64,000 nucleotides of DNA from Lama glama (Eukaryota): assembly GCA_028534125.1 (NCBI GenBank), contig CM052818.1, positions 12,712,001 through 12,776,000 of the forward strand, read 5' to 3'. Below, piece after piece: positions 25,230-38,094 of this stretch; the first letter of the stretch is position 1, and every line of letters begins with the position of its first letter. The translations under genes and the position numbers were made by a program. Below the pieces are notes generated by a model. The model was not told where the DNA came from, searched no databases, and saw only the letters and a list, made by a program, of their open reading frames with translations.

Positions 25230-25504
25230 GAAATACCTGCAGGAAAGAAAATGGGGCAGGGGCTGGAAAGGCTGAGAAAGCCATTAGACAACGAGAGAGG
25301 GGAGCAAGAGTGGGTGAAAGCACCCCAGACTGTCACTGAGAGTCATCAAACCACAGCCAGCTATTCTAAGGAGTCTCATGTTACCTAGGAATGAGCCTTC
25401 CTTAGCATTCCCGTGATGGATTTCAGAGGAAGAAGCTGGGGTCCTCAGTCAATTAAGCTCCCAGCAGTTGGAAATCTGCCAGGTGTATTCTCATGGACGT
25501 CACA
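25230..25504 (-). mobile_element. ERVL LTR (LTR16-like)
   Basis: Ends 'ggggtcctcagtcaattaagctcccagcagttggaaatctgccaggtgtattctcatggacgtcaca'. Confidence 0.55.
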
Positions 25505-25514
25505 AATAGTCACA

Positions 25515-25630
25515 CTATTCCCTGTGGTCTCAATGTCTTCATTTGACAAAGGGTAATAAAAATACTCACCCTATCTCACGTTGTTCATGTAAAGATCCTA
25601 TGAGTGAATTCATGTCAAAATATTGAAACT
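25515..25630 (+). mobile_element. MIR fragment
   Basis: 'tctcaatgtcttcatttgacaaagggtaataaaatact' resembles the MIR core. Confidence 0.5.
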
Positions 25631-26433
25631 GGAAAATTTTCCATAGCCAATTAAGGGAAAAGTTAATGGCAAGGGGGAGACGATAACTTTCAGATATAAT
25701 CTAACATGCTGAGGTAAAGTAATTCTCTATGGAAAAATGAGCTGTGAAACCAATAAATACTCCAGATAGTGCCCAGTGTTATCAATATTAAGGGATACTC
25801 ACCAGGGTCTTAAACAAACAAACAAAAACAAATACGAGCAGTACTCATAGACCTACACCACTGTCTTGACACCAAATCTTACTTGGCTGGCTCAGCATTT
25901 CAGACCAAGAAAGAAAGACTGACATGAAAGGTCAGTTCTCAGAATATGCACACCTTTTAAAACCATCAATATTCCTCTAACTGGCTTAATAGCTAATCTA
26001 ATTTAATAATTGTATTATTCTACTGGTTGTTAAAACATAAGGCACTTTGCACTTCACTTACAGCAGAATATTCCAGCAGAAGTATATCTTTTAGAACATA
26101 ATCCTTAACTCTCTGCTGCTCCCTTTTTTATGATTAGAAATAAATTACATTCATAAAATTTGCCTTATAAGAATTGATAATCCACTTCTAAATCTATCAC
26201 TGAATAAAGAGGTAAAGATCAGTGAGCTAGCTACGCCCTGGATCTCATCACACTGTCCAATCAAGGAACTCCCTTGTTACATTCATGCCGTTGAGCACTT
26301 TGGTGAGTGTTACAAAAAACAATCCAGTAGATCTGGTCACTGACTTTACTGTAAAGAATTGAGATGCCTTTAATAACATTAAAATAACATTTCTATTAGA
26401 AACCTCAGAAAATATTTCTCTCTGATCTTAACA

Positions 26434-27496
26434 CAGATAACCCTCACTTTGCCTGATGGCAGGACTGTAAAAATGACCACTAAAGCTAGAACTGTGCAAA
26501 GCTCTCTTAATAATCAACATAGAATTTTTTTATTGTTCTGTAACCTTTAAAAATTTTTGTCAAAACATTAAAATGTTCTTAGTCTTAAGGATAAATGTAT
26601 AGGAAATTTTAAAAATTAGTAAAACTAATATTAACTATACTAGAATTTAAACCATTAGAAACATTGAGAATTGAAATGTTTTATCTCTTCATTAAAAAAA
26701 AAAACACTTATCAAGAGTAGTTTGAAGTGTTTGCCTTCCTCTCACCTTATAACTTAGGATGGGGAGCAAGCACATTTCATATGCCTTGGCAAACTGTCAT
26801 ATATTACTTTCTAAGTTTGCATCAGCTTCCAACACATATTCCTCTTTATGCTTTGCTTTCAGTGTTGTAAAATAATTTTAGAAAGTTCCATTAGTGTGAA
26901 GTTTTGATAGCAACACTTTCTCTGCATCCTTTTTATCCCAACCAGTTTCCTCATTTATGTCTGTAAGTCGGCCTTCACTAAGTTCCTCTGACTGCCTATC
27001 TAGATTTCTCAAATGATTGCAGTGCCAGCATTTCCACAACCAGCCATTTTTTTTAATGACTCCATATACATTTTATTAAAATTTCACACCCACCGTTACA
27101 ATTTTTTATTTACTGCAGTTTCACCTTTGTTGGCCTATTCTCTCTTTTGATTATTCACTTTGTAAACTGTCACATGGGTTATCACTTAGAGGCAAGGCAA
27201 CACAAGTACATGCTTTACTGTCTGGGCAAGCTGTCTGGAAACAGATATGCAGTAACCAATCATCAAAAGGCTGAGCAGGAAGTGTCATGATTGGTCACTG
27301 AACACGATACACATAGATGTTTGTGGGGTGAATAGCTATCAGTGAAGTTGATGCTTTATGCAATAACTCATAGTTAATATTTCATGGTAACTAAAATTTG
27401 GATCATCCTGTTGGAGGACTAGTATTAGTTAACTAAACTAAAATAATGGACACTGAAATCAGGCATACAAGAACTATGCAAAGTGAGGACTGCCTG
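26434..27496 (-). mobile_element. TcMar-Tigger DNA transposon (MER82/Tigger6-like), internally deleted, both TIRs present
   Basis: TIRs cagataaccctcactttgc ... gcaaagtgaggactgcctg; decayed transposase N- and C-terminal remnants on the minus strand (e.g. LEADANLES). Confidence 0.85.
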
Positions 27497-27550
27497 CGTT
27501 AGGTATAGAGGTAATTTCCTAGAGTAATAAAGTTGTTTTACTATATGGAC

Positions 27551-27860
27551 CAGTGCTGCCCTAAAATAATAAAATGAATTGCAATTGCAAGCCACCTGTG
27601 TAATTTTAAATATTTAGTATCCACTCAAAATGAAAAAAAAGATAAAATTGATTTTAATAATATATTTTATTTTATATAATATTTAAAAACATTATCATTA
27701 AATATGTAATGTCTATAAAGCTTAATGAAATATTTACATTCTTTTTTATTCTAGGTCTGAAATTTAGAGTATATCTTATATGTAGGACTGTTCAATTTGG
27801 ACTAGCCACACACGTATCAAGTGTCTAAATCACATGTGGCTATTTCATTGGACAACATCA
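27551..27860. mobile_element. MER33-like hAT-Charlie
   Basis: cagtgctgccc...gtaattttaaatatttagta...ttcaatttggactagccaca...cacatgtggct...ttggacaac. Confidence 0.75.
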
Positions 27861-28499
27861 ATACAGATATTAAATATTTAGTTATTATTTTTCCCTCTAA
27901 ACATACAGGCTGCTTCTTGTAAGTTCATCTGAGTTGATGCCAGGGATACTGGAAACTAGTCATGCTCTGGTTCCCCGGCCTTCTTTAATCTAATTTATTC
28001 TTTATTCATTTTCCTAAGTTTATTTAAATTTACTTCATGTTGCTACATTTTACACCTATTTGTAAGTCATTTGTATCCTTTTTAAAATAAAATGGGACAT
28101 AAATTGGAAAATATATAAATCAAAAAAAGTCTGATCTAATTTAATATAAACATAAATTTGGTCACCATCCAAAAAATTAAAACCTTAAAATGTTTGGTTC
28201 TGTTGAATGGATATGTGAACCAAAACCACACAAAATATCTCATCATTAAAACACTGCATCTTAGCCAGTATACTGGTTAAAAATTAAAAGGAGAAGTAAA
28301 ATATATGATATGGGAGGAAGATAATTACTCAGTTTCCATTCCTCTATTTTTTCAGTGCAAAATTCTCGTAAATGGGATCTAATATTTAATGCTTTTGAAA
28401 AATTACAAAAACAGAGAGGACATTCTTCTTTCAGTCCCTAGATACACAGAAAGTCTAGGAAAAAAACAGATTACTTTCTGGAGTTCCTTTACTCTTTCT

Positions 28500-28705
28500 A
28501 GTTTCACCATTCTATCTTTTCTAAAGTCCCACACAAAAATTTCTGCTTAAGTTATTTGCTAGAATTTGGTCACATCATTACACCTCGCTGCAAAGAAACT
28601 TCAGAAATGGTGATTTTTTTTTAAACTGGACACATTGCTGTACTGAAAAAGATCATCATACTGTTACTAAGAAAGAATAAATAGAATTTGGGGATCTCTG
28701 CCTCA
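28500..28705 (-). mobile_element. Old MaLR (MLT1J/K-like) fragment
   Basis: 'ggtcacatcattacacctcgctgcaaagaaacttcagaaatg...ctggacacattgct'. Confidence 0.45.
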
Positions 28706-28838
28706 ATGAGCATGCAAAGTTTCAAAGCACTTAAAATATACAGTAAACTCGGAATATATAAAGGATATCATTGTTTTAAAGCTAGCTTCCCTTTTAAAAG
28801 AAAAAAACGAATATATCTATATCTTTCTATCTATTTAC

Positions 28839-28912
28839 AGTTGATCCTCGAACAACACAGGTTTTAACTGTATGGGTTCACTTACACACAGATCTTTTTC
28901 AATGAATACTAA
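28839..28912. mobile_element. Tigger2/MER8-like terminal fragment
   Basis: ta|cagttgatcctcgaacaacacaggttttaactgtatgggttcactta. Confidence 0.7.
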
Positions 28913-29949
28913 AATCCTACACAATCGAAAACTATGAAATGCTTCATGATTATTCAAGATCACACGTATTTGTAATGTTCATTCAAGTTCAACTCTTAAT
29001 CTCTTTCACATACTTAGAGATTTTCTTAGGGACACTAACAATGTTATATTTAGTGTTTAATTTTAGATAATGAAAATAAATAACATACTAACTTAAAAGT
29101 AATTATAAACCCAGTGCTAAGATAAATACAGTTACCAAGCAGAAGTTTATTTCTTTATCATGTCCAATGAACATGACCAAATTCTTTAAAACTCATAAAT
29201 CAGTTGCCGTGAGCCAGTATAAAGCTGGCTTAGGCAAATCAAGTAGGTAATTAACAACACAGAGTCAGAGTCACTAAGATACAAGACAAAGGGCTGCAGA
29301 TGTAGAAGATTTAGCCTTGGATGGGAAAAAGGAAACCTTTTTGATTTTGTTAGCAGGAAGAAGTACACGATGGGTGCAAATGTAATCTGGTTTATGGACT
29401 GAGTGTACAATAGTCAACATCTTGCTACCTGATGATATCTATTTTCTTTGTCAGGTTAAAAAAAAAAACAAAGTAATTAATGAGAGCAAGGGGGAAGAAG
29501 AAACGATGTTAAGAAAAATGTAAAAGGTAGATAATGAGAAAGCAAACTAACTAGAGAAACACAGGAAGGTAGCAGAGCAGTGTTGGAATCCAACTGAGGT
29601 TAGACCAGGAATTAACAGCAATTTCAAACAGTTAGGTGGTGTTCTGGTGAGAGCCAGAAGCCCACATTTGGAAAGAAGAAAGCAATTGCCTGGTTTAATC
29701 CATAGCTGGGCAATTGCAAAAGCAGTAAGAATAAAAGTATAATACAGAAAGGAAATAGAGAAAGGGAATTTAGGATACTTGTAAAAAGTGGTTGAAATCA
29801 TGCAATATTAAGCTTAATCTGGGCAATGAGTGAAATAAATACAGCAGGAGACTAATAAATAGGAATAAAATAGAGAGATTGAGGGACAGGAAGTTCCAGG
29901 GGGATTTTCCCAACTGAGACAATAGTTCAAATAATAATAATAGCTGTCT

Positions 29950-30962
29950 ACAAAATGGCAGAGTAGGTAGCTCCAAACTCCCATTATTCACTCACAGAAA
30001 CATCAAGAAAACAACCAGAAACTGGTTAAAACAATTTTGTCAAATCTGGAAACAGTCAAAAGTTCACAGTAATCAAAAGGATACCAAATCAAGAAAAATC
30101 TCACTTAAAAATCTAAATGTAGAAAGAATCTGCTTTCTCCATCCCCTACCCAGCCCTACAGAAGTCTTGAAGATGGCAGCCCATGTTCCCAATGTGAGAC
30201 TCTGGTCCTTGGGTCCAGAGGGAGCCAAACAAATCTTATTTGCAAAGTATCGTGTTTGTTTTAAGATGTGTTTGTTTTAAGATGTCTGGAGACCCGAAGG
30301 ATTGATGCAAGTTTCCTGTTACTGTTTCATCTAACTCAGAACCCATGAAGGGAGGATACATTGTGGGTATTGTCCAAAAATACTGTAAGCGCTCAAAACA
30401 TCCACATTTGCTTGGGCAAAAGATTATGGTTGAGACACACAGTAGGCCTTCTAAATCCTCGGAGGAAAAGCCCAGGAGAGAATTTCTTTGGGGAGTTATG
30501 GAGGACATTCAAAGCACTTGAGTGTAAGAGAGCCACAGTGCATGCTTAGGACAGGGTACTCGCTTTAAAAAAAGAACTGAGAAGACCCTAAGATTTCACT
30601 ACTGGCTAATCCAGTCTCAGTGCAATAAGAAGTGAATGCTGAGTCAGAATCATAAATGGTCTGGGCCAAGCAGTAAGGGAGTGTCCTAGCCCAAAGCCTA
30701 TTCACAAAATGTAGAGGAGGTGGTTTAATTGTTATTGCTCCTATTATTTAAGAATCCTATTATTAGGATTCAAGGAAATCTCACTCAAAAGAAAATAACT
30801 TATGCAAACTTCTTGATTTCATCACAGAAGACAAGCACAAAAGCATCACCCATGCCTCTGAGAACACTGGACCACATGCCCTGGAAAAATGCTTATAAGC
30901 CTCACAAGGGAATACTTAGTTATTTAAGCCTTGTCTTAAATTTGGAAAAGAATATCTGATTT
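29950..30962 (+). mobile_element. Old L1 (L1M4/L1MC-type) 5' region
   Basis: Starts caaaatggcagagtagg; 'aaccagaaactgg...ctggaaacagtcaaaagttcacagtaa'; ends 'aagaatatctgattt'. Confidence 0.65.
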
Positions 30963-32929
30963 TATGTTTAGACAGTTTTTTTGCCATCCATCTCTGATCT
31001 ATGGCACTATGTTGTTCTGTAATTTCATAATATCAACCAAGGGATGATGTTAAATTTACTGTGGCATTGAAATGGTGACAGAAATACATCCACACCATAT
31101 TTAAAGAAAGATCGTACGTCACAGGGGCATGGGCTCTTAAAAAAGAAATCACAAAGCATAGGAATTTCATTTCTTTATCGGCTTTATATTGATATTATGT
31201 GCAGATATGTATTGTATAAAGCATCATTACTCTGTATGTCTTAACCCAATAGTTTCAGATAAAATAATTAATTCAATTATTGCTTTGGGAATGACATACA
31301 ATTTTAGAGTATGCTTGGCTTACATGAAAAGAATGATTATGCTATTTATTAGATTTTGAAAAACTGTGTAGAAAAATATGCACATGTTCATCTGTGCAAT
31401 AGACAACTTATTCCCATCATGGAGGTAGACTGTGGCTAGAGAATAATAAATAATTAACGTTACTATCTAGATAATTCAGGTCAAAATACTACTTTGGCAT
31501 TAAGTATCCAAATAAAACATGCTTCTAAATATTTTTAATCACAAGGATAATTTTTAAGCTCTCCATTGTGCTTAGAATAAGTATTTTTAAAAAATCATTG
31601 GGGAGAATCATGTTTTAGAATTTTAAAAAATCTATTGTGAAAATTATTTTGAAATCTAGTTGAATATTTGTAAATAATTAAAGGTTATTATTTCCAATGC
31701 ATTGAAAAGGCAATATATCTTCAATGACTGAATTATATTGCTCACATCTGAAAGAGCGAACCTTTTTAAAAATGCAATGAAAAATGCACTCTTAACTGGA
31801 TGAGTAATGCAGAAGGAATGCGCATTTATCTTCAACTGAAAAATAACTGATGAAATCAGCTGTTGAACAGCTGACATGCAGTTAAGATTTGCTGAAAGCT
31901 TTGATCAATGAGTAATAGTATTTCCTAGCTACCTGAGGAGAATTGACTAGCTCAGTTGTATACGAATTTAAAAGATCACTTGATTTATAATCACCATGAA
32001 GACAAAAACAAAAACAAAAACAAACACAAACAAAACCTGTATACATTATTAAAGCTACTGTCTTCGGTAATACCCAAGATTTAATTTACATGTGATTTTG
32101 TTTTACGTGGCAAACTGATAGAACAACAATGCTGCTAATTTTTAGATTCTCTAATTGTATCTTTTATTTCTCTTACCAAGGAGCATATAGCACATTCAAC
32201 TTACACGTTATTCACTGTATATTTTTGTGGAGACAAAATTATTAATAGGAAACCATTAGCAAGTTAATTTTATTTGCAAAGCTGAAAATTACTAAGTATT
32301 TTATAATGTTCTTGAGGTCTTTGGTATAAATAATTTGCTTCTCATATATCAGGAACTCATGGATCTCTTTAAGAGTCTGGAAATATGTTGCTTTAGGAAA
32401 TAATAGTGTCTACATCTGGTTTCTGTCTCATCAAAATGTACTTCCTGGAAGAATAATAATCCTTGCATTAGCAAAATATGTGGAATGTTGTAAAGCAGTT
32501 TGAAAAATGATGGTTCTTTGAAAATAATATTTGGCAGGAAGAACACTTGACTCTTTACAAAATAACTTACAGGATTTTTACATGAGTAATATGTTTTATT
32601 TTTAATTAAATCAATGAACAATTTAATTAAAACAATGAACCATGAATAATTTCAAAGATTACAAAATAGTATTTATTGAAATGTGTACACTTAAACTGAT
32701 CATAAGTTATATACTATTTATAACTTGTAGATTCTAATATTTTACTCTCAAATAATAACCTCTGATCAGATATTTCTTGGATAAGTATGTGCTTTTCTAT
32801 TTTTCTGAATTGTTGAACCAAGATAACCATGAATTTAAATTCAAAGAAAGCTCTTTACAAGAATTTTTAAATTCATTTTTAAACTATGTAAGTCCTTTAA
32901 AGAGTATATTCTACATTCTCTCATTTTTC

Positions 32930-33612
32930 CCTTCTAGTTTTACTGGAATATAATTGACATAAACCACTGTATATGTTTAAGGCATACAGCATAATGATTT
33001 GAGTTACATACGTCATGAAATGATAGCCACGTAAGTTTAGCAAACATCCATCATTCCATATAGACACACACAAAAAAAAAAAAAAAAAGAAAAAGGAAAA
33101 AAATAATTTCCTTGTAATGAGAACTCCCAGGACTCACTCTCCTAACAACTTTCATCTATACAGCAGTGTTGATTATATTTATCATGTTGTACTACATCCC
33201 TAGAACTTATTTATCTTCTAACTGGAAGTATGTGTATGTACCCTTTGACTGACTTCATTCAATTCCACCTCCCCCACCTCCTGCTTCAGGTAACCACAAA
33301 TTTAATCTCTTTTTCTACGAGTTTGTTTATTCTTGAAGTATAATTGACCTACAACCCTACGTTGGTTCCTGGCGTACAACACTGTGATTCAGTATTTCTA
33401 TACATTTCAAAATGATCACCATGATAAGCCTAGTTACTATCTGTCACCATACAAAGATATTAGGTTATTACTGACTTCATTCCCTACACTGTACGCTTCT
33501 TACCCGTGACTCATTTCTTTTGTACTTGGAAGTTTGAACTTCTTAGTTTCCCTCACCTATTTCTCTCACCCTTCCTGGCAACCACCTGTTTGTTCTCTGT
33601 ATCTATGACACT
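32930..33612 (-). mobile_element. Laurasiatherian L1 3'UTR (duplicated-UTR type)
   Basis: Two related units starting 'atataattgacata' and 'gtataattgacctac'; 'gttactatctgtcaccatacaaagatatta'; 'ctggcaaccacctgtttgttctctgtatctatga'. Confidence 0.9.
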
Positions 33613-34974
33613 TTCATTTTTGAAGATAGATTTTAAAATATAAATACCAATGGTAAAATGAGCATACCGTCTCAAACTAAAGAGCATATGACTAGTAGTG
33701 TGTCCTCACCTCAAAGCTAGTGTGGCTAGATAAGACCCCTTAAATAGTAAGGTCGTAATTGATGAGTCAGAGAAGGAGATTAGGCACAAAACGAGAAGGT
33801 ACAAAGCCAAATGAGTATGTATTCATTTTGTGGAGGTTTAGGTCTTAAGTGACATAACTGAGGAAACTTTAGATTGTGTAGACAATAATAGGCCAATTTC
33901 TGTAGAGAAATAAAGAAACTAAGCATATATTTAGAAAGCAATAAAAGCCTTTATCTGCTTTCAGTTTTATTTTACTAGACTTATTTCTGTCTCCCAAGTG
34001 GGATATATAAGTCTGGGAAAAATAAATCATTGTCCTACCTATTATACAATTCCTTGTATAATCCAATTCATAGTATGTTTAGCAAATGATGTTATCAAGG
34101 CTTTGAAACATTCCATGTTCTATTCCCTTAACAGACCATAAATATCTGCTGAATTGAGTTGAATTGTAAGTGAATGGAGTTCTCTTAGTTATTCCTTCTA
34201 TAGTTATTTTTAAATTATTATAAAAATCTTCTAAGACAAATACTGATTAATAGTCTACTCCAAGTTGGCTCAGAAAAGGTTTCTACAATTGTCAGTTAAA
34301 ATTTAGATGACTTTGAGAATCACAAATAGCACTGAAAGTAGTAGTCTAATTTCTGGTTGCTTACTGTCTTGCCTTCAAACATCTAGTCACTTCAGAATAT
34401 TCCTTCCAATTCATTATATATTTAATTATATTTACATCATATATTATAATATGTATTATAATTAACATATAACATGTTACCACATAATACTTAATTCTGT
34501 GTCTCCTTAGATGAATTTGATATACTCTTTTTAAATTGTATCCCTATTAAAACCAAAGATCTGCAAGTTGCTGAGTTTACTGGTCCTCCAAAAGTCAAAG
34601 ATGAGTGGTTTTGTAGTAGAAAGAAGATGAAGTAAGTTGGAAATATACTCTATGGAATGATAGCCAAGGAATACAATAACCCTATCACCTTGACTGTGAC
34701 AATTTGTATTGTTCATAGTGCTTCTGATAGATTTAACATTAAACTATATTGGTGCTTCCCATTTTTTTCAGTCATGGCAAAGAAAGTAATAATAGTCTTA
34801 TGGTAAACTGATGCAAACTGAAGGGAATTTGGAGGCTTCTTTAGGAATCCCAGTGGGAGAAACAGTATATTTTCTTATACACAAATACATAAACACATAC
34901 ATGTGTGCACATATACAACACATATTTAATACATGTGAAATGAGATTAAAGTTGGCTGCTGCCAAGCCCCGTAC

Positions 34975-35156
34975 CTGGCAGGAGCTCCACCCTGCCTCAC
35001 TGCCACCTTCCCTGTCAGTCTTGCTTAGCCTGCACACAGTGCTTGCTTCCTTGATTGCTCTCATCAGGCCCATTATTCTCCCTGTGCAGCTGAGCGCTAG
35101 GTAGTTGCAACTCCGGTAGATGTTCAGGTGGGAGAGCATCTCTTTGGTCTTGCTAA
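34975..35156 (-). other. Candidate exon (182 nt) in a GC-richer unique segment
   Basis: Acceptor tcttcttgtacag|tt and donor ccag|gtacgg; one frame open (SKTKEMLSHLNIYRSCNYL...WSSCQ); protein not recognised. Confidence 0.3.
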
Positions 35157-35771
35157 CTGTACAAGAAGATAGTAGCTAATTCGTTCATTCTGTTTGTACC
35201 TGTTGACCATGGGTTTTGTTTTTAGATGTCTTTTATCAGACTGTCTCTGAAAGAGACTTAAAGTTATTTACAGACAGAGATATAAGGTCAGCCATTTCTA
35301 GGCACCTGAACTCAACTCTGTCTTTAAGGGAGCAGAGGGGATCAACAACTTGTGACACATCTATAACCCCTTCATGCCCACCCCATAAGGAAGCTCTAAT
35401 TATTCAAAGAGGTAATTACAAATTACATTACACCCTAAATAAACTATTTTTCTGGACTCCATTGATTATGACAGTGTGGAGAAGTTTGTGGGTAACTTAG
35501 ATATATGATACCTGTAAGACACCATTAAACCACTGTAACTTAATTAAATAAACTGTTATAGTAGGGCAACAAAGTCAACAAATTACGTGAAGTTTAGTTA
35601 CTTAGAGTCAAATATACACTTATCCATCCAGATGTTATAAAAAAAAAGGCACTTACAGAAACAAAACACAGCAAAACAAACTAAATGAAATGCACTAATA
35701 AAGCAATGTCAAATTACTAATGACCAAAGCATACATCCTATACCATGAATCAATGCGATATCACTTTTGGC

Positions 35772-35960
35772 CACAGAGCTCAAAGCTGTTTTTAGTTTTT
35801 GCTGCATATTACAGTCATTTAGGTAGACTTTTTAAAAGACTAATCCAGGGACTCACCTCAGAAACTGGAACTGAATTTGTCTGGTGTGGGACTGGGGAAT
35901 ATGTATCATTTTAAAGCTTCCTACGTGATGCTAACAGGTAAACATGTTTGGGGACTATTG
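35772..35960. mobile_element. MER5-like hAT
   Basis: 'gctgcatattacagtcatttagg...tttaaagcttcctacgtgatgctaac...tttggggactattg'. Confidence 0.55.
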
Positions 35961-36644
35961 CCTTAGACTTTTCTGTTCTCCCTCTTTCTCTCCCTACCAG
36001 GAAACAACTGGATAGTCTCAAATCTCCTTTCCTGAAATGTTCCAGTCACTTTGGCTTCAGGATTCCTTCTTCATGTTCAGTGAAATGCTTCTTAACTGTG
36101 CAGTATGGTGGCTTTTCTTTTGCTCAACATCCTAGGCACTGGCAGACAATCCCTTGAGGCCAAGTAGTTTATCAGGGTGCTGCAGTGTGCTACATCCAAC
36201 TAAAGGCCCCTGTCCCAATCCATACACCTTGTTCTAGATAAGCAAATAGTAGTTGAATTGACATATTCAACAAAATTCATTTGCAAAAATGAAGTTTTAC
36301 TTTAGTTCTTTCCTTAACTTGACCTGTAGTACTAGACTGGTTGCTCATCTCCTGATATTGGCATCAGTAAGACACCATTTATTCTGTACTAATTTAGGTC
36401 CGTTTTGCTTCTTCAAACATAAATGCATAAATCTCTAAAGATATACGTGAAAATGAAGAGAAGCCTGGAAGTGATCTTAAAGCAGAACAGAGTCCTTTCA
36501 TACACAACTGCTAAATTGTTCTGCAATAAACAGATCAGATCTATAACAGAAATACTATTGACCACACTCTCAAGACATCAGTTGTAGAAATCAATCATTT
36601 AATGTTTGACTTTCCCCAACATTTTACAATTCAATTACCAGGTG

Positions 36645-36720
36645 GAAGGAAGGAAGAAAGGAAGGAAGGAAGAAGGGAATGGGAAAAGAAAGGAAAGAAA
36701 TGAAAGGAAAAAAAGGAAAA
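36645..36720. repeat. (GGAA)n-like purine tract
   Basis: ggaaggaaggaagaaaggaagg... Confidence 0.85.
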
Positions 36721-37973
36721 ATTTTATAGATTTAAAGTATCCAAAAAAAATGATACATAGATTACATGGACTTGTTAAACTATGTCCTGTTAAATATTCA
36801 GAGTATAATTCTTGGTAATTCAACTCAAATAAATAATGTGAATAAAAGTCAACAACTGAAATTTTCTAGATTATATCTACACCAGTAAAGTGTTTTATGT
36901 AGCCATGGAAACTATGCTGAAGCTCTCAAAATTACTTTCACACAATTTTTTTTACAGTTTATAAAAACACTTACACTAGTTGAAAAGAGGTGGAATGAAT
37001 CTGTCATGTAGAGTGGAAGAAATAGTAGCAAATGTAGTGTTCTTTACATATACATACACTGCATGTAACAGCTGTGAAATGCATTCCAATGATGAAATCA
37101 TGGAAAACATGGGGACACCAATGATCTACTTTAAAGATTTATATAATCTTCTTTTTTTCCTTTAGGACAATAGTTTCAGAGCAGAACTGATTTAAGAAAA
37201 TTAAATTATTGCTCTTGAAAGAACTATATCTTCTGAATAACATTTTATAACATACCATTTTTAGGTGTTTTATGATTTGGGAGAAATATTAAGACACAAA
37301 ATACCATTATGTGGAGGCTAAAAAGATTGATCAGTTATTTGTTTTATTTTATAGAGTGAATATTTGTCTATTCTTTAGACAGATTTGGTACTTCCCAAAT
37401 TAGTAAACAGTTATTTTTTATGAGATAAACAGCATGATCTGTAAACTTATAGTAGGAGAGGGGTTCATTACCTATTGTTCCTTTGCACGTTTATTTTTAC
37501 TGCCAATATTTTTTAACCTTTGAGTTACTGAAAATGTTACTTTTGTAACAATATTAATTTCGGTGCTCTATCTTATATGTTGAAATGAAACGTAGAAGAA
37601 AATTGTAACTACGATGAATTATTTCTAATATTGTTAGTGTTGTTTGGCATACATAACTTTGCAAACTTTAGAATTCAAATAGCCCTAGATGTTTGCTTTG
37701 AATAAAAATGTCTGAATTCTTCTGATATAGACATATATCTGTGCAATAAGACTGATAATTACATAAAATTACTCCTCATTGAATAAAAAATAAACTCTTC
37801 AATAATAATTGAGTGTCATAAAGCTTTCTATAGCCATTCAGAATTGTATCTCCTTTTATTTTAAGAAAGAAAAGACAAAATACCACTCTGGAAAGCAATT
37901 GTTTGAAATGCACTGTAAAAAAATCATGTTCAGTGTATTCCATGCCATTGCTTCTGTGTATGAAGGTACTTAC

Positions 37974-38094
37974 TCTTTTCAAGCTGTCATTGTTACTTCC
38001 GTAGTTCACTGTCATATATAATGAAGACTTTGCTTTATTTTTCTGAGCCTGGCATCCTGCCTGGGAAATGTTACAGTATGAAACTAACTTGGAT
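37974..38094 (-). other. Candidate exon (121 nt)
   Basis: Acceptor ctgtctctacag|at and donor aaga|gtaagt; one frame open (SKLVSYCNISQAG...MTVNYGSNNDSLKR). Confidence 0.35.

Noticed and set aside
25803..25808. Possible 6-nt minus-strand microexon (tttgtttaag|accctg|gtgagt)
   Set aside because: The AAG acceptor is weak, the pyrimidine tract is a (TTTG)n repeat, and no host gene is identified.
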